A DNA stretch of 64,000 bases from an uncultured Acidobacteriota bacterium (lineage in GTDB: Bacteria; Acidobacteriota; Terriglobia; Terriglobales; Acidobacteriaceae), in NCBI GenBank assembly GCA_963712365.1, contig CAVQHO010000001.1, positions 32,608 through 96,607 on the forward strand, written 5' to 3'. The notes beneath the pieces were generated by a model. That model searched no databases. It saw only the letters and a program-made list of their open reading frames with translations, and was not told the origin of the DNA. Positions 61,319 through 64,000 of the stretch are shown here, piece after piece (position 1 is the first letter of the stretch; every line of letters starts with the position of its first letter). The position numbers and the translations under genes are program-made.

Positions 61319-62675
61319 TCAGTGCGAGATTTCGTAACGCTTGAGTTTGTCGTAGAGCGTCGAACGGTCAATCCCTAACGCCATGGAAGCTTCCTTTACG
61401 TTGCCGTGCTTTCTTTCCAGGGCTGCCAGGATTGCGCGCCGTTCCAATTCATTCAGCGAAACCTCTGGAACCTCCCACTCCTCCGCCTGACCTGGCACTG
61501 GCTGCATCCACGAAAAGTCCTGTTCCTCAAGAGTGCCGTTGTGACAGGTCACGATGGCTCTCTCGATTACATTTTCCAGTTCACGAACATTTCCGGGCCA
61601 GTCATGACTCAACAGCAATTTCAGGGCTCCGCTGGAGATTCCGGTGATATCTTTTCCGAGCTCTGTTGAAATGCGCTGGACAAAATGCTCGGCAAGCAGG
61701 GGAATATCTTCACGGCGTTCGCGTAAGGCAGGAAGTCGAATCTCGATGACGTTCAGCCGGTAGAAAAGATCTTCGCGAAATCTTCCGTGCTGCACTTCTT
61801 CCGCCAGATTTTTGTTTGTCGCCGCGATGACTCGAACGTCGACCTCGACTTCTTGCGTTCCGCCCACACGATAGAAGCGACGCTCCTGAAGAACGCGCAA
61901 GAGATCGGCCTGTAGCTTGGGAGAAATGTCTCCAATCTCATCGAGGAAGATCGTGCCTCCTGCCGCTGACTCAAACTTGCCTTTTGCTTGACTAGTCGCC
62001 CCGGTGAAAGCGCCTTTCTCGTAGCCGAACAGTTCACTTTCCAAAAAGTGTCTCAGTCAGGGCAGCGCAACTCACCGCAATAAATGGTTTGTCGGCACGG
62101 TTGCCGGAGAAATGAACTGCACGCGCGACGAGTTCCTTGCCCGTACCACTCTCGCCGCGAATGAGGACGGTGCTGCTCAGGCTGGCGACTTCCTGCGTTA
62201 GGGAAAGGATCTCGCCCATCCGCGGATTTTTGGTGATGATGTCGTGATGGCGGTATTGTCGCGTGAGCTTCTTGCGAAGAATTGCATTTTCACTTTGCAG
62301 CTTTTTCAGCTTGAGAATCCGTGAGACTAGCATCGAGATCTCCTGCGGATTGCAGGGTTTTACGATGTATTCCTGGGCGCCCTCTTTCATTGCTTGGATC
62401 GCGGTATCGACGGTTGCGTATGCAGTGATGATGATGATGGAAGCTTCGGGACGAAGGCGATGGATTTCCATCATGGTTTCGATTCCGTCCATGCCCCCGG
62501 GCATTTTGAGGTCAACGAAGCAAATGGCATAGTCTGTGGAGCGGGCTTGCTCGAGCGCCTTTTGGCCGTTCGCCGCGGTATCGACTCGGTAGCCATCTTC
62601 GCGCAACCACGCAGCCATCGACTCGCACATTACGTCTTCGTCGTCGACGACAAGAATCGGCCAGTTCTTTTTCAT
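61319..62675 (-). pseudogene. Sigma54-dependent response regulator (NtrC family), one frame disruption
   Basis: ORF 62034..62675 holds the receiver domain (ILVVDDE...FVDLKMPG) and Walker A (GESGTGKE). ORF 61319..62044 holds [15 protein letters not shown], the rest of the AAA+ domain and a Fis-type HTH. They join if one A is removed from the A5 run (CCAAAAAGTG) near 62040. Confidence 0.85.
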
Positions 62676-63221
62676 ATTCCTGCCTCCCCCGAAAATCGTT
62701 GGACCAGATGCGATCCACAGCGGTCACAGAATCTCTCTTCCTTTGCTATCCACAAGTTCCACGTGGGTGGCCAGGCTCATTGCGCAACTGGGCTCGGAAC
62801 AGTGGACCAATCCGAATGTGTGCCCGAGTTCGTGCAGCGCTTCTTTGACTGTGCGCTCGCGCAACAAACTTTCCTGTGCGGAAAGACCATAGAACTCCTG
62901 GCGCAGTCGGCACAGAGATATCAGGGCGATAGGCCCGTCGAACTGTGCCTGTCCAAACAAGAAAGTGAGCATCGGGATCGCAAGGTCCACATCCGTAACT
63001 CCGAGGACACGAAAGGCGTCTCGTGGGGCAAGTTGTGCAAGCATTTTCATGATTTCGACCGACTGGTATTGTCCTCGTTTCGGGTCATAGGCAGAGTCTG
63101 GAATGTTTAAAGGAGGAAGCCGTCGTATCGGCAGCGGAAACCATTCGGCCGCCGCCTTTTCGATCCACTCCAGCACGCTCGGCAAAACGGAACCCACAGG
63201 CACGAGGCAAAGGTCGTTCAC
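62672..63221 (-). pseudogene. Archaemetzincin (peptidase M54) family zinc protease, one frame disruption near the 3' end
   Basis: HELGHTFGLVHCSEPSCAM fits HEXXHXXGX3CX4CXM. The expected CXXC (FCDRC) follows in the +1 frame after about 62740. That frame ends in a TGA overlapping the NtrC ATG (ATGA). Confidence 0.7.
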
Positions 63222-63248
63222 ACGGCTTGCACCTGCATTTCTTTGGAA

Positions 63249-64000
63249 TCATTTGCCCCGCTTCGTGACCTTCAGGGGAAGACTCACAGTAAAAGTCGTA
63301 CCTTCATTCAGTCGGCTTGCCACTTCAACTTCTCCCTCATGTGCCTTCACAATCCCGTACAGCACTGCCAGACCAAGACCGACTCCTTTCCCTTCAACCT
63401 TTGTGGTGAAGAATGGATCAAAGATCTTGGAGACGTTTTCGGGTGCGATGCCTTCCCCGTTATCCTGAACCGAGAGTTCTACGACACCTTCCTCAGCGAT
63501 CAGACGAGTTCGGATCGTAAGCGTGCCGCCGCCTCGCGATTGCATGGCCTGCGCGCCATTGAGGACGAGATTCAAAATGACTTGCTGAATCTGCGAGGAA
63601 TCGCATTCCACTAGACGGAAGGTCTGGCCTGAAGTCCAGCACGACCTCGGCGCTAATCAACTTCAATTTGTGGTCTGCCAACCCGATGGTTGTCTGCACC
63701 AGTTTGTTGAGATCGGCGGGTGCACGCTGCGGCTTCGAGCGTCGGGAAAACGCAAGAAGGTCGGAAACGATGCGTCCGACGCGCGCGGTCTCAGCCGAGA
63801 TCATACCGAGATATTTACGGAATTCTGCTTCGCGGCCGGCGGGATAGTTGCCGCTCACCATCAGTCGTTCGAGAAGCATGGAGAGATTCAGAACTCCCGA
63901 GATCGGATTATTGATTTCGTGGGCCACGCTGGCCGCAAGTTGTCCGAGCGTCGCCAGCCGATCGGATTGCACCAGCTTTTTCTGCGCCGCTTTCAGTTGC
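63249..64000 (-). pseudogene. Sensor histidine kinase (partial, runs off the window), one frame disruption
   Basis: H-box SDRLATLGQLAASVAHEINNP (ORF 63493..63972, open to the window edge). HATPase_c region N-box QVILNLVLNGAQAM, DNGEGI and GKGVGLGLAV in ORF 63249..63611. The frame changes near 63615. Confidence 0.8.

Overview
This is a chromosomal segment from a moderately GC-rich bacterium. Gene content suggests Acidobacteriota (Terriglobia-like): a 1200-aa TonB-dependent receptor with a carboxypeptidase-regulatory N-terminus, CRTAC1/ASPIC-UnbV and HzsA-like exported proteins, and many Tat-exported sugar enzymes. That assignment is inference; no search was run. I saw no rRNA, tRNA, CRISPR array, transposase, integrase or prophage genes.

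Ordinary content:
- a Tat-exported M24 peptidase
- a GMC oxidoreductase, its Tat small subunit and a TIM-barrel isomerase
- BON, HAD, tandem USP and OsmC proteins
- a Zn alcohol dehydrogenase, glpFK and galK
- a complete argR-argC-argB-argF-argG-argH operon ending in a short GNAT, with tandem ARG boxes upstream

Content worth a second look:
1. A 7-gene operon (55086-61301) encodes a QrcABCD-like quinone-interacting respiratory module bracketed by two Cys-rich proteins with glycine-cleavage H-protein-like domains.
2. A cytochrome island (12964-16868) holds a monoheme c, a CbcL-like 11-heme c/cytochrome b fusion and an ImcH-like 7-heme NapC/NirT protein side by side.
3. An Fnr-like regulator (7796-8512) is accompanied by GTGAT-N4-ATCAC / TGTGA-N6-TCACA palindromes in front of at least five loci: usp, pat/crp, cytochromes, PFOR and Qrc-like.
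4. A tightly coupled 7-gene operon (45380-54763) starts with a DAHP synthase. It encodes HzsA-like, CRTAC1, propeller-diheme peroxidase, propeller, Rid-like and orphan binding proteins.
5. A histidine kinase, an archaemetzincin and a sigma54 regulator form one operon.

About 30 single-nucleotide frame disruptions are packed into 11.1-25.1 kb and 59.9-63.7 kb, with one more near 34.2 kb, and I saw none in the rest of the window. This is either patchy sequence error or focused gene decay. It must be resolved before any functional claim about those genes.
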